Virus record (IMG/VR): IMGVR_UViG_3300031371_000001
Location: 1 to 64,000 of that record
DNA length: 64,000 bases
From: a virus
Strand: one strand, 5' to 3'
Shown: positions 55,298-64,000 of the stretch, in pieces
How positions within the stretch are numbered: the stretch's first letter is position 1
Layout: each line of letters begins with the position of its first letter
Made by a program: the position numbers and the translations under genes
The notes under the pieces: model-generated
Seen by the model: only the letters and a program-made list of their open reading frames with translations
Told to the model about the DNA's origin: nothing
Databases searched by the model: none

Positions 55298-55738
55298 CTA
55301 CGTGGGGAGGAGGCGATCGATCGAAAGCGTATAGGTGTAATTCAGCATTTCACCTTCGTTGTTGCGATCGAGGTCGGCCGTCATTCGCTTCGTGATGAAG
55401 ACTCCGAGCATTGTGAAGGTCCGGGGAACCTGTCCGGTGACGTTCGACTCTTGAAGAAGGGTTGCAACCTTCTTATAAGTTGGCGTCACGGGATCCTGGC
55501 ATTCCGCGTACCATGCCTCCATTGCGGCGATCTCGACATGATGGTGTGCGGGGATCGCAACGTCGGTTTCAACGGATCGGGTTTCCCCTCCGCTTGCCTT
55601 CGTTCGATCCGGCAGTTCAACAACGTCGAGTTCCTCCTCCAGCGCGCCGATCGTGATCGGTGTCAGCGGCGGAAGGCCGGCGACAAGCAATTGGAACTTG
55701 TTGACGGGGATATGGGCTTCCTGGATATCACCTTTCAC
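55298..55738 (-). CDS. tail tube protein
   Basis: 146 aa directly after the sheath; ...W......K...L..., DLD, L.ID pattern. Confidence 0.8.
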   Translation of the reverse strand: MKGDIQEAHIPVNKFQLLVAGLPPLTPITIGALEEELDVVELPDRTKASGGETRSVETDVAIPAHHHVEIAAMEAWYAECQDPVTPTYKKVATLLQESNVTGQVPRTFTMLGVFITKRMTADLDRNNEGEMLNYTYTLSIDRLLPT

Positions 55739-55771
55739 GGCTTCCTCCTATCGGGTTTCTTGCCCGTCCGA

Positions 55772-58060
55772 CTATGCCAACGACTCGAAGACGCCAGCCT
55801 TGCCGATCGTGATAATGAACCTTTCCACGGTGTCGGAAAGACGCAACGTGATCTCAGCGTTCAAGTCGCCAGCGGCGCGCGTCAAGTCGGTGTTGATTTC
55901 GTTGTCCACCTTGATCGAAGCGGCCTCCTCGAACGTGTCGCCGCGGATCGCACGCTTGACCCATTCGGGAATGAAAAACGATTTGAGTGCGGACAACGCC
56001 TCTTGTTGCGTCACGGGATCGTTGATCGCGAACACAATCCAATCGAAGTTTTCGAGGAGGACGTGTTCATAGTGCGACATGAGTTCCCTTTGATGCTTCC
56101 ACTTCCAGGAAGGATCGGAAGCAACGGTTCGATCGCCCCAAATGACGAAGTTGCCCTTGACCTTTTTGATCACCCCGATGCCGCGCGGGTTGAGCTTTTC
56201 TTCATTCAGGACCGTATCGCCGGTCGGCAGTTCAACGATTCGCGGAAGCGTCACGTCGATACCGGCGGCCGCCTTGTGGAATCCGTTGTAATTCTTCGCA
56301 ACCAGCGCCTCCCTCCCGTGGATCGCTCCAGTCGAAGAAATGGTCTTCAAGGCGGTCAGTTCCTCCACTTGCACCTTGCCGAACGACGGGAACGAAACAA
56401 CGGCGAAGTCATTTCGTCCAAGCGTGTCGTCAATGTGAGAAATCGCGGAATCTTCGTCCGTCGTCCCGGAGGGGATCTCGTATCGCCATTCATAGCCGAA
56501 GGCTTCGGCCAACGCGGCGCCCGCCTTCTGAACGGCTGTAGCCGTGACACCAGGGGAGGCCAGCTTGATCAAGCCCTTGTTCTTCCCCTGGAATTGCTTG
56601 ATCAACGTCGTCGCCGGATTCATGGCGGACGTGTAATCGGCGTCCGCAAGGTCCGCGATCCCGTCGTACCCTCCCTCCAGTTCGGAAGGGAAGGACGCCA
56701 TGAAATCCTTTCCGGCGGCGGTAACTGCCGTCAGGTCAATGGAAGCGTCCACCGTGATCGTGTCGTGATCGTTGTCCGTCACTCGATAGGACAACTTCGG
56801 CGTGTCCGTGTAGTTCGGGAACAGTTCATGTCCGATCAATGCGTCCGGTTCGAGGGGCATATAATCGAGCGTGATCACGTCACCGGCGGCGAGGATGGTT
56901 CCGCCATTCACGACGGAGATCGGGGGAACATACGGGCAATCAGGTGCCCACGCGCCGCCGATCGTGTGCGTCGGGCCGATCGCGCCGAACTTGTCGGATA
57001 CCCAATCGATCCCGGTTGCCAGCGCGTCCACCGTTCCGACAAGGCGATCGGGAACCATGTCGTCAGTCGTCGCGCCAAGCGTGACGGTCGGATCGGCGCC
57101 CGTGACGGAAGCGACGACGTGTTGGAAAAGCTCCCGCGTCAGGATATTCGCGGACACGACGTCGACAACCCCAAAGGCGTTGGCGGGTCGAATCTCCGGG
57201 GTGTAACCTCCGGTCCAGAGGTTTTCAACCAAGATTTCGTAATTCGCCCCGTCTTCATTGACGACGGCTTCAACGTTGTTCTTCTTCGTGGGATCTTGGT
57301 TACAGTTCGGGAACGGCTTGATAAGCGCGCCGTCAACGTAACATTCGATCCCGTATTCGTTCGTCGGATCGTCTTCCCCGCCTTCGAGGAACTTGACGGA
57401 AAGCGCCTTGCCTTCGTTGTCCAGCTTCAAGAGATATCCGAGATCGCCTCCACCTCCAGCCGTCCAGTCGGTTTTCATGGTTGCGTCGGCTTCGACCGTG
57501 ACAACGCCGGCAGTCGTGTTCCCGATGATCTTGTATGACTTGGTTGGCACTTCGTCCAGGACGATATACCCGCCGACCCATTCGTCGGTCAGCATGGTAA
57601 GGCCGGTCGTGAGAGTCGTTTCCGTGATATCGCCGGCGCCGGAAACTTCGTTCCAAAGGCGATTTTTCTTCCCACCCCAACGGCCTCCGTTGTGAGCCGT
57701 CACCTTCAGGATCTTCGTCAGGGTTGCCCCCTCCTTGCGATTCCAGAAGGTAAGTTCCGACTTCCTTTCGTTGCCGTCCGTGACACGAATCAACCAGAGT
57801 TCCCCGGCGCCTTGTGAGTGTTGCCAGAAATCTTCGCAAGCGTCCGGGCCGACAAGCGAGAGATCGTCAAGGCGAGTCCCGCACTTGCGGAACAGATCGC
57901 GGGATCCGTTCGTGGGGATCAACTTGTCCATGTCCCCCTTTTCGAGAACGGCAAAGTAGCAAGTCACGCCAAGCGGCGCTTGCTCGATCGGCTTGGAAGC
58001 TTCCTTTTCTACAACCACGACACCTGCCGCAAGCGTGGGTCCAAAGCGCCTTTGAGCCAT
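55772..58060 (-). CDS. tail sheath protein
   Basis: GV.V.E N-terminus; HKAAAG, LNP.GI, IWGDRT, VFAIND, ERFII. Confidence 0.93.
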   Translation of the reverse strand: MAQRRFGPTLAAGVVVVEKEASKPIEQAPLGVTCYFAVLEKGDMDKLIPTNGSRDLFRKCGTRLDDLSLVGPDACEDFWQHSQGAGELWLIRVTDGNERKSELTFWNRKEGATLTKILKVTAHNGGRWGGKKNRLWNEVSGAGDITETTLTTGLTMLTDEWVGGYIVLDEVPTKSYKIIGNTTAGVVTVEADATMKTDWTAGGGGDLGYLLKLDNEGKALSVKFLEGGEDDPTNEYGIECYVDGALIKPFPNCNQDPTKKNNVEAVVNEDGANYEILVENLWTGGYTPEIRPANAFGVVDVVSANILTRELFQHVVASVTGADPTVTLGATTDDMVPDRLVGTVDALATGIDWVSDKFGAIGPTHTIGGAWAPDCPYVPPISVVNGGTILAAGDVITLDYMPLEPDALIGHELFPNYTDTPKLSYRVTDNDHDTITVDASIDLTAVTAAGKDFMASFPSELEGGYDGIADLADADYTSAMNPATTLIKQFQGKNKGLIKLASPGVTATAVQKAGAALAEAFGYEWRYEIPSGTTDEDSAISHIDDTLGRNDFAVVSFPSFGKVQVEELTALKTISSTGAIHGREALVAKNYNGFHKAAAGIDVTLPRIVELPTGDTVLNEEKLNPRGIGVIKKVKGNFVIWGDRTVASDPSWKWKHQRELMSHYEHVLLENFDWIVFAINDPVTQQEALSALKSFFIPEWVKRAIRGDTFEEAASIKVDNEINTDLTRAAGDLNAEITLRLSDTVERFIITIGKAGVFESLA

Positions 58061-58062
58061 GA

Positions 58063-58914
58063 CTAAACCTCCGTTTGCCTTTCAGCAATTAAAGCGCGAA
58101 AGTATTGTGTCCAATACTCCCGATCGTGCAAGTTAGTTTTCGAATGGCAAGAATGGCAAAGCGTGATCAAGTTCTTTGGATCAAGATTCGCCTTGTCGTA
58201 ATCTATGTGATGGACACTCAAGGACTTGCCTTCTTCGTCCTGTTGCTTACCGCATTCGACGCAACGATAGCCGTCCCTTTCCCTTATAAGTTCTTTAAAC
58301 TTATTCGTCCATCCTATCGGATACGGCGCAAACGAAGAACCGCCCTTCCATGCCGAAGAATCAGGGCCGGATTGAACCGGCTTCCTTCCAATTGCGTAGG
58401 CTTCAAGTACAGCATTTGAAATGCGCTTCTTTGTTTCTTCTGAATGCTTACAACCAATGCGCGGATCCGGCTGTTGCATCCTAGAAGCGCGAAGCTTTTT
58501 CTTCGTTCCTTCTGAATGCGATTTGCCGAAGAATGGGTTTGCTTCGCCCCGAACCATTGCGCTAGTTGTCTCGCTCATTTTGCGCTTGGACGCTTCAGAG
58601 TGTTTCTTGCCTTGCATTGGATGGACAATCGAACCTTCGGTATAACGCCGCTTCAAGGTTTCCGAAATCTTCCTCCGTTGTTCTTCAGAAATCGAAATTC
58701 CATTGTTGTGCGGCACGTTGCCTTTTTTGAACCTTCCGCTTCCTGGATTCGCGCGCACACCTTCAGATATCTTCCTCTTGTGTTCTTCGGAGTGCTTCTT
58801 CCCAAGTCTTGCGTTGACTTGCCGCGTGCGGTGTTCGGGATCTTGCCAACTCTTTTTGTGCGAAGCGGACATTTTTGCCCGTGCTTCTTCGCTATGTCGG
58901 CTTCCCTTTTTCAC
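58063..58914 (-). mobile_element. free-standing NUMOD3-repeat HNH homing endonuclease
   Basis: Repeated KHSEExKxKIS/MS (NUMOD3); RDGYRCVECG...VHHID....N....NLITLC.SCH; AT-richer than its flanks; probable GTG start 58914. Confidence 0.88.
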
Positions 58915-58918
58915 GATC

Positions 58919-60157
58919 CTACGCTTCTTTTTGAAGGTCAAGGTTAAACGTCTTGACCCCGTGCGTTTGCTCCGCGGCGCCTTCAATCATCGCATTCTTC
59001 ACAGTCACGCGATAGCGGGAAGAAAGACGACCCTTGTTATCGGGTCCACTTCGCCCGCCGTATGATTCGTCAATGACGACATCAAAGCGTTCATCCAGCG
59101 CCAGTGATCTAATTTGGTTCAATGTAGCAAAGAACTGTTCCGCTTGTCCAGTGACCCGGAGGTGATCCGACGGATCCGACGTCTCGATCGCCATATAGAT
59201 CAGCACGTCCCCAACGCGCGTGTTCTTCCATTGATAGGCTTCATTAGTATCGCGCCTCAAAACGTGATTGCGATACTTACCGCGAACCGTCTTAACCGAA
59301 GCGTCCTCGATCCAAATCGCCGGGACTTTCGATGTTTCGAGATAATCAACGTCCGTCGCAAACGCCACTTGCGGCGAGTATTCGAGATCGATCCATAGGA
59401 CGTGCCCGGTTGAAACAACGGACGTCAATGTCAGGACCGGATCCGCCCAACTCGAAAATAGGTTGTTGTTGTGATTCGGGTCAACGTCGTGATCGTAGAC
59501 CGCAAGGATCGAGACGATCGACAAGTCGAGTTCCGGAGGGTATTCGGTCGAAAGGTTGAAGGTGTCGGAATCGGCTGTCACTTCTAGGACGTGTTGACGC
59601 CAAGCGACGAAGTTTTCTTTCAGTTCTTCCGTGAAGGACGTTATCAAGTCCTTCAGGAAATCGATCCGCCCGCTGTATGCAAACCGCAGTTCGAGGACTT
59701 CCGGCGTGATCGTCTTATCGCTTGTTCGAGGATTGACGATAACCCCGATCGTGTTCCCGCTCCAAGACGAAAGCCCTTCGTTGATCTCTTGTTCGGTGTT
59801 CCAAAGGGTTGTCGAAACGGTCCACGCGGCGCCTGTCCAATAGAATTCGTCCGTCCCATCCGTCAGCCTGAAATAGTAACTCGTGACAACCGTTCCGGTG
59901 TCGTCCTTCTTCTCCGTCGTGATCGCCTCGAATGCCAACCATTGAAGGCAAGCTTCCGGGGAGGTCGTCCAGGTCGTAACGTAGGCGTCCGAATCATTCT
60001 CCGGATAGTAGCCGTCCGAATCCTTCTTCAAGAGGACTCGCAACAATTCAGGCGAAAGGCGAATCTTCGTCGTGTCGGAGAACGTCAGGAGGGATCGGTT
60101 CTTCTCGATCAACTCGAAAAGCTTGATTAGGTTCCTTGCCGCATAGGTAGAGGTCAC
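58919..60157 (-). CDS. putative tail terminator/neck protein with extended N-terminal domain
   Basis: Position before the sheath; C-terminal P.I.I...terminator-like pattern. Confidence 0.55.
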   Translation of the reverse strand: MTSTYAARNLIKLFELIEKNRSLLTFSDTTKIRLSPELLRVLLKKDSDGYYPENDSDAYVTTWTTSPEACLQWLAFEAITTEKKDDTGTVVTSYYFRLTDGTDEFYWTGAAWTVSTTLWNTEQEINEGLSSWSGNTIGVIVNPRTSDKTITPEVLELRFAYSGRIDFLKDLITSFTEELKENFVAWRQHVLEVTADSDTFNLSTEYPPELDLSIVSILAVYDHDVDPNHNNNLFSSWADPVLTLTSVVSTGHVLWIDLEYSPQVAFATDVDYLETSKVPAIWIEDASVKTVRGKYRNHVLRRDTNEAYQWKNTRVGDVLIYMAIETSDPSDHLRVTGQAEQFFATLNQIRSLALDERFDVVIDESYGGRSGPDNKGRLSSRYRVTVKNAMIEGAAEQTHGVKTFNLDLQKEA

Positions 60158-60798
60158 GACTTGATCGCCTTCTTCAACGCGCGCTTCACGGCGTTTTGCA
60201 TTTCCACTTGAAACTTAGCACGGAACGTTTCATCAGCAAAGGAAAGCCTGATCCAAGGACGCGACGGGATCACGATATGTGTCGTTGTCCTGCGAAGGGG
60301 CTTCCAATGCTGGTATCGCTCGAACAATACCTTCGCACGTCCGGTCAACTCGCCCGGATCGATATGACCTTCCGAAGCAAGCGACAGATACCAAAACATC
60401 CGCCGCATTTTTGCAGTCACTTCGATCCGCATTCCCTCGTGTAGACCTTCACCGATGTTCACAAGCGACTTCCCGTCGCGCGCCTTCGCCGTCGCAAGAA
60501 CTCCGATGAAACATTCCATCCCGTCAGACGACAACCTATGTGTTTGAGCGGCGAAAAGATCCCCGTAATCCGCAAGAGGTGTCGTTGATCCCTTGATCGC
60601 AATCGTCAAGGCGGCGTTCTTCACTCCAACCTTGCCCGTGATATGACTTCGCATTGTCTTTCGCATCGCAAAGCCGGCGACGTCGAGTGACTTTTTGATC
60701 TCAGGTTTCAGGAACTTCATGAAACGAGGGTGGGATAACGCCTTCTCGTAAACCTCCCATCCCTTGTCAAACTTGAAATGTACGGGAGTGACGGGCAT
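60154..60798 (-). CDS. neck/tail-completion protein (virion morphogenesis family)
   Basis: NA.LT...KGS..PL.D.G.L, HEG, IPSRPW. Confidence 0.75.
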   Translation of the reverse strand: MPVTPVHFKFDKGWEVYEKALSHPRFMKFLKPEIKKSLDVAGFAMRKTMRSHITGKVGVKNAALTIAIKGSTTPLADYGDLFAAQTHRLSSDGMECFIGVLATAKARDGKSLVNIGEGLHEGMRIEVTAKMRRMFWYLSLASEGHIDPGELTGRAKVLFERYQHWKPLRRTTTHIVIPSRPWIRLSFADETFRAKFQVEMQNAVKRALKKAIKS

Positions 60799-61190
60799 TA
60801 CTTCACGGGCGATCGATCGTGATAGAAGATCCGGACAAGGGTTTGACCGTCTTGATCCGTATATCCGGCCTTGTATTCAAGGCGAGTGACATAATAGACG
60901 ACGGTTCGCTTCCCGACCTTCACGATCTTGTCCCCGATGTTGATCGTGATCCCCGCCTTGTCTAGATCATGCGTCCTCGCAAGAACGTAGCCCTCCGCAA
61001 GTTCCTCCCGTCCGCCGGGATTCATTGCAAGTTGATCATGTCGCTTGTTCGACAGTTGCGCGCGGATCGTCACGGTCGATCGAACCGGGGATCCGACAAC
61101 GGTTCGGGTTCGCGGATCCGTGATCGTCTTCGTGTCGTCCTTCTGTTCAATGACGACGTTGACAGGATGGATCAGATTGGGGAGGACCAT
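60798..61190 (-). CDS. head closure protein
   Basis: Size, position, GD.I pattern. Confidence 0.6.
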   Translation of the reverse strand: MVLPNLIHPVNVVIEQKDDTKTITDPRTRTVVGSPVRSTVTIRAQLSNKRHDQLAMNPGGREELAEGYVLARTHDLDKAGITINIGDKIVKVGKRTVVYYVTRLEYKAGYTDQDGQTLVRIFYHDRSPVK

Positions 61191-61933
61191 TACGGCGACT
61201 CCATGAAATCGCCGGGTTCGGAGTAGACGACGGCGACGATTCGCGGCGCCATGAACATTTTCAATATCCCATTGATGACAGGATCTTGCACAACGTCAAT
61301 CCAATCCGTCTTTTTCGCACCCGACGAACCCCACAAGGAAGCGTATTCGATCGAATGTCCATCCGTGACTTCTCGACGCTTCAAGGCGGCAAGAGGATCG
61401 ACGCCCGGGCCGGAACCTGGATCGCCAAGCTTTCCAAGATGATTGATCACGAGCTTTTTCAAAGCATAGATGATCCGCGCCGGCGTTGCGCCGTTTTCGA
61501 GATAGCCGAAGTGGCCCTTCACTTTCTGATTAAGGTGGCCCTTCTCGAAAACGCGATTCAGGAAGGCTTGATCGTAGATCGTCCCGTCAACGTCGCGGCT
61601 TCGCTTGATCGATATCCGGGGATTCTTCCTGTCGTCCTTCAGCGCGTCCGAAGGCGTCCTGTTGTAAACAGCGATCGCATCCAGGTCAACGGCGTTCGTG
61701 AAGTCGCCGTTGATATAGAGTTCGTCCAAGCTGATCACGGGGACTTGGAACCAAAGCGATTCCATCCCTGTTCCGTCAATGTAGAATTCGACAAGCCGAT
61801 CTTCGAACCATTGCTTCGTCGCAGCTTCGATGAACTCTTGCCAAAGATCGATCTGGATCTGAACGTCGGGAGCCGGGTAATCCGCCGGATCGATCCCTTC
61901 GTCGTAAATGTCGGTGGGGGTTATGTAACTCAT
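61190..61933 (-). CDS. head-tail adaptor
   Basis: MSYIT..D, G..N.KV.G.FGY, P..I..A, E.TDGHSI.Y. Confidence 0.75.
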   Translation of the reverse strand: MSYITPTDIYDEGIDPADYPAPDVQIQIDLWQEFIEAATKQWFEDRLVEFYIDGTGMESLWFQVPVISLDELYINGDFTNAVDLDAIAVYNRTPSDALKDDRKNPRISIKRSRDVDGTIYDQAFLNRVFEKGHLNQKVKGHFGYLENGATPARIIYALKKLVINHLGKLGDPGSGPGVDPLAALKRREVTDGHSIEYASLWGSSGAKKTDWIDVVQDPVINGILKMFMAPRIVAVVYSEPGDFMESP

Positions 61934-62250
61934 GGCCCGACGCGCCTCCCTAGTCTTTCAATACCCGAAACCGCGATCCCCGACAAGTATAGCGTGATCG
62001 TGTAGACGACGGAACCGGCGAAGTATCGAACCCGGACGCCCTTGAATTCGTCGCCCTTCTTCATGGGTTCTACCTTGACGTTGCAATGTCGGAACTTCCG
62101 GGGCGGCAGGAAGCGCGAAGCCGTCGCGCCGTTTTGCAAGGTGAAGCCGCGCGCTTCACTCGACTCGATAATGGAAGCCCATTCTTCCCATTGCTCGAAC
62201 GGGAAGGTTAGTGTCTGGCCGCTTGAAAGGTTTACGAGGAGGGACGGCAC
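61930..62250 (-). CDS. hypothetical protein
   Basis: Operon context, ATGA overlap. Confidence 0.6.
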   Translation of the reverse strand: MPSLLVNLSSGQTLTFPFEQWEEWASIIESSEARGFTLQNGATASRFLPPRKFRHCNVKVEPMKKGDEFKGVRVRYFAGSVVYTITLYLSGIAVSGIERLGRRVGP

Positions 62251-62265
62251 GGCGGCGCCGCGCGA

Positions 62266-62754
62266 CTAGCCGGCGGTGATCTTCGCAAGCTGAATCAGAT
62301 CATCCTTGCGGGCGTTCGACGGATAGTCAACGCCGGCGCCGTCAAGGTAGGACTTCAGTTCCGAAACCGTCATTCCGTCGAAGTCTTCTGGTTCGTCGTC
62401 GCCGTCGTCTTCGTCGTCAAACGGGTCCGCTTCGTCGCCGTCGTCGTCGGGATCTTCGGGTTCACCGTCAGAATCGCCGGAATCGGCCCCTGAAGCTCCG
62501 GAGTCGTCGCCCCCGTCCTCCGGGTCGTCTCCGTCTTCGGGGACGATAGGAGGCGGTTCAGGCGCCTTCCTCGGCTTTTCCGTGACAGGGGAAAGCCTGA
62601 ACTTCTGGCCGCCTTCCATTTGACGCAATGCGTCGGCTTCGGCGTCCGTCAGTTCGAGGTTCGCTGGACGATTCTGGTAGAAAGTCCGTCCCGTCGAATC
62701 CGTGTAAGAAAACCCTTGCACGAGAACGACGTTGTAAAGCTTGCGTTCGGGCAT
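62266..62754 (-). CDS. HeH/LEM-domain protein with acidic linker
   Basis: C-terminal MTVSELKSYLDGAGVDYPSNARKDDLIQLA. Confidence 0.8.
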   Translation of the reverse strand: MPERKLYNVVLVQGFSYTDSTGRTFYQNRPANLELTDAEADALRQMEGGQKFRLSPVTEKPRKAPEPPPIVPEDGDDPEDGGDDSGASGADSGDSDGEPEDPDDDGDEADPFDDEDDGDDEPEDFDGMTVSELKSYLDGAGVDYPSNARKDDLIQLAKITAG

Positions 62755-62774
62755 TGTTTCCTCCGATTCCCGGA

Positions 62775-62809
62775 AGCGAAAGCGCGGGGCGCCTCGACGC
62801 CCGCGCGCT
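62775..62809 (-). terminator. GC-rich hairpin/terminator after the major capsid gene
   Basis: AGCGCGCGGGCG-loop-CGCCCCGCGCT followed by TTCGCTT. Confidence 0.5.
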
Positions 62810-62826
62810 ATCGTCCGAAGGAATGG

Positions 62827-64000
62827 TTAGATCGTGTCCCCGACGTTGTAGCCCTTGACCAGCGCGGACAGTTCCTCCACCTGGACCGCGACCTTCGCCG
62901 TGATCGCGTATTGGTTCACCCGCTTGAAGATATCCCGGTCCTTCTCGATCCGGATGTCGCGGCCGATCCCAATGATGAAGTTGTCCATGTGGGTCAAGAT
63001 AACCTGCGGCATCGCCTGATACGTCACCTTGACGGCGGCGCCGAACAGCGAAGCGGCAGGGGTGATCGTCCCGTTCGTGGCATCGAACGTGTAGTCCGTC
63101 CCGGCGCCCGTGTACGGAGTCACCGGAACCTCCGCAAGGGTCTGATCCGTCACGATGTCGCTTCCCACCACAAGAGGCTTGTAACGAAGCGTGTAAGGGG
63201 TCGCACCACCGGGGAGGGTGATATGCTCGACCACCGTGGGGTTGAACGGCATGAGTGCAACCGGGACGATCGGGATCCCGAAGGCTCCCGGCGGCTTGTC
63301 CATTCCGAGCGCCGCATCGCCAAGACCCGTCGCACGGGTCGAAAGCTTTTCGGCGTACAGTTGTGCGAGGTCCGCCGGGACGAAGTAGCGGAGATTCGCG
63401 AGGTTCTTTCGGAACTTCGTAGGCATCGCCCGCTTCAGCTTCGCGAAGACTCCCGCGCCGATCGAAGCGTCGGAAATGTCGACGGTGTTCCCGCCGTCCG
63501 CCAGCCGTGCCCACCCGTTGAACATCGCAAGGTAGCTGTCCTTGATCACCTGCGAAGTCGATCCAGGAGGATAGATGTTATCCTCCAGGTCCGCGATTCC
63601 AAGCACGTCAGCATTCAGGTACAACTCCTCCAAGTTGTTCCCAAGTTGACGGGCCATCATGCGGATAATGTGGTCTTCCGCACCATCGCCTTCGATGTTC
63701 ACTTCCTTGAAGTTGTCGGAAATCTCGAACGGCACGATGATTTCCTTGGGGGTGAGCGTGATCTTGCTTGTCGTCACGCCGCGACGGTGCGATGGAGCAA
63801 CCGCCTCCGCGGCCGGCATTGCCACGCGGCCGCCGACACCGATCTTGTCGATGTCGAGGTCTTCGTTGCGGAAGCGAACAACGCGGGCGTTGTTCTTCAG
63901 AAAAGTTTCATCGATCACGTAATCGATGAACTTGTCGGATTGCTTCGCGTTCAGCTTGCCGGCAGTTGCGATCGTGTCAGTCGTGATCGCCGCCTTCTCA
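62827..64000 (-). CDS. major capsid protein (HK97 fold), 5' end outside the window
   Basis: Frame is open to the window edge (...AGKLNAKQSDKFIDYVID...); NIEG, LEEL.LN.D, N.IIGI.RDIRIE; contains a beta-rich insertion. Confidence 0.9.
   Translation of the reverse strand, partial: EKAAITTDTIATAGKLNAKQSDKFIDYVIDETFLKNNARVVRFRNEDLDIDKIGVGGRVAMPAAEAVAPSHRRGVTTSKITLTPKEIIVPFEISDNFKEVNIEGDGAEDHIIRMMARQLGNNLEELYLNADVLGIADLEDNIYPPGSTSQVIKDSYLAMFNGWARLADGGNTVDISDASIGAGVFAKLKRAMPTKFRKNLANLRYFVPADLAQLYAEKLSTRATGLGDAALGMDKPPGAFGIPIVPVALMPFNPTVVEHITLPGGATPYTLRYKPLVVGSDIVTDQTLAEVPVTPYTGAGTDYTFDATNGTITPAASLFGAAVKVTYQAMPQVILTHMDNFIIGIGRDIRIEKDRDIFKRVNQYAITAKVAVQVEELSALVKGYNVGDTI

Noticed and set aside
55451-57538. 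695-aa plus-strand ORF (and similar long antisense ORFs such as 9916..11028, 5237..6241, 26794..27804, 17599..18501)
   Set aside because: They are antisense shadows of well-supported minus-strand genes; codon bias removes stops on the opposite strand; they have no motifs or RBS.
41355-58060. Extracellular contractile injection system or tailocin
   Set aside because: The tail genes are contiguous with capsid, head-tail, tape-measure and replication genes, so this is a phage.
62558-63514. 318-aa alternative-frame ORF within the capsid gene
   Set aside because: Arg/Gly-rich off-frame translation with no independent signals.

Overview
A 64-kb slice of a bacteriophage with a contractile tail (myovirus-like; GC-rich, strikingly GATC/TCGA-rich). 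Almost all genes are on the minus strand. Reading from the right end: (i) a morphogenesis operon: major capsid protein (cut by the window edge), head-tail/neck proteins, an inserted NUMOD3-HNH homing endonuclease, sheath, tube, a tail chaperone with a -1 frameshift, tape measure, baseplate, and a beta-helix tail fibre/tailspike; (ii) a lysis cassette with an amidase, membrane proteins and a lipoprotein; (iii) replication/recombination genes: SF2 helicase, DnaB, primase, a CobS/CobT-like AAA+/VWA pair, a sigma-like factor, a DnaE split into two genes, two HU-like proteins, a gp32-like SSB, a single-chain Mre11-Rad50 fusion, RuvC, a 5'-3' exonuclease, family-4 UDG, a PNK/HAD protein and two DNA methyltransferases; (iv) accessory/early genes, a second small virion-protein module, and a short plus-strand cluster (2.1-5.05 kb). 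The most unusual signals are these. A promoter-driven operon (7.6-10.5 kb) encodes otherwise dissimilar proteins that all carry the same short helical tag, [IL][DE][DE][LVF]RxxF. Four sigma70-type promoters carry a CGAT-N4-ATCG operator in identical register and a shared GGGAACAACGGAGG-type leader. An inverted copy of that leader sits in the 3' UTR of the late/lysis transcript (candidate antisense or decoy RNA). Three equal-length 87-bp intergenic elements have conserved periodic arms. All calls come from motif recognition by eye; no database searches were run.
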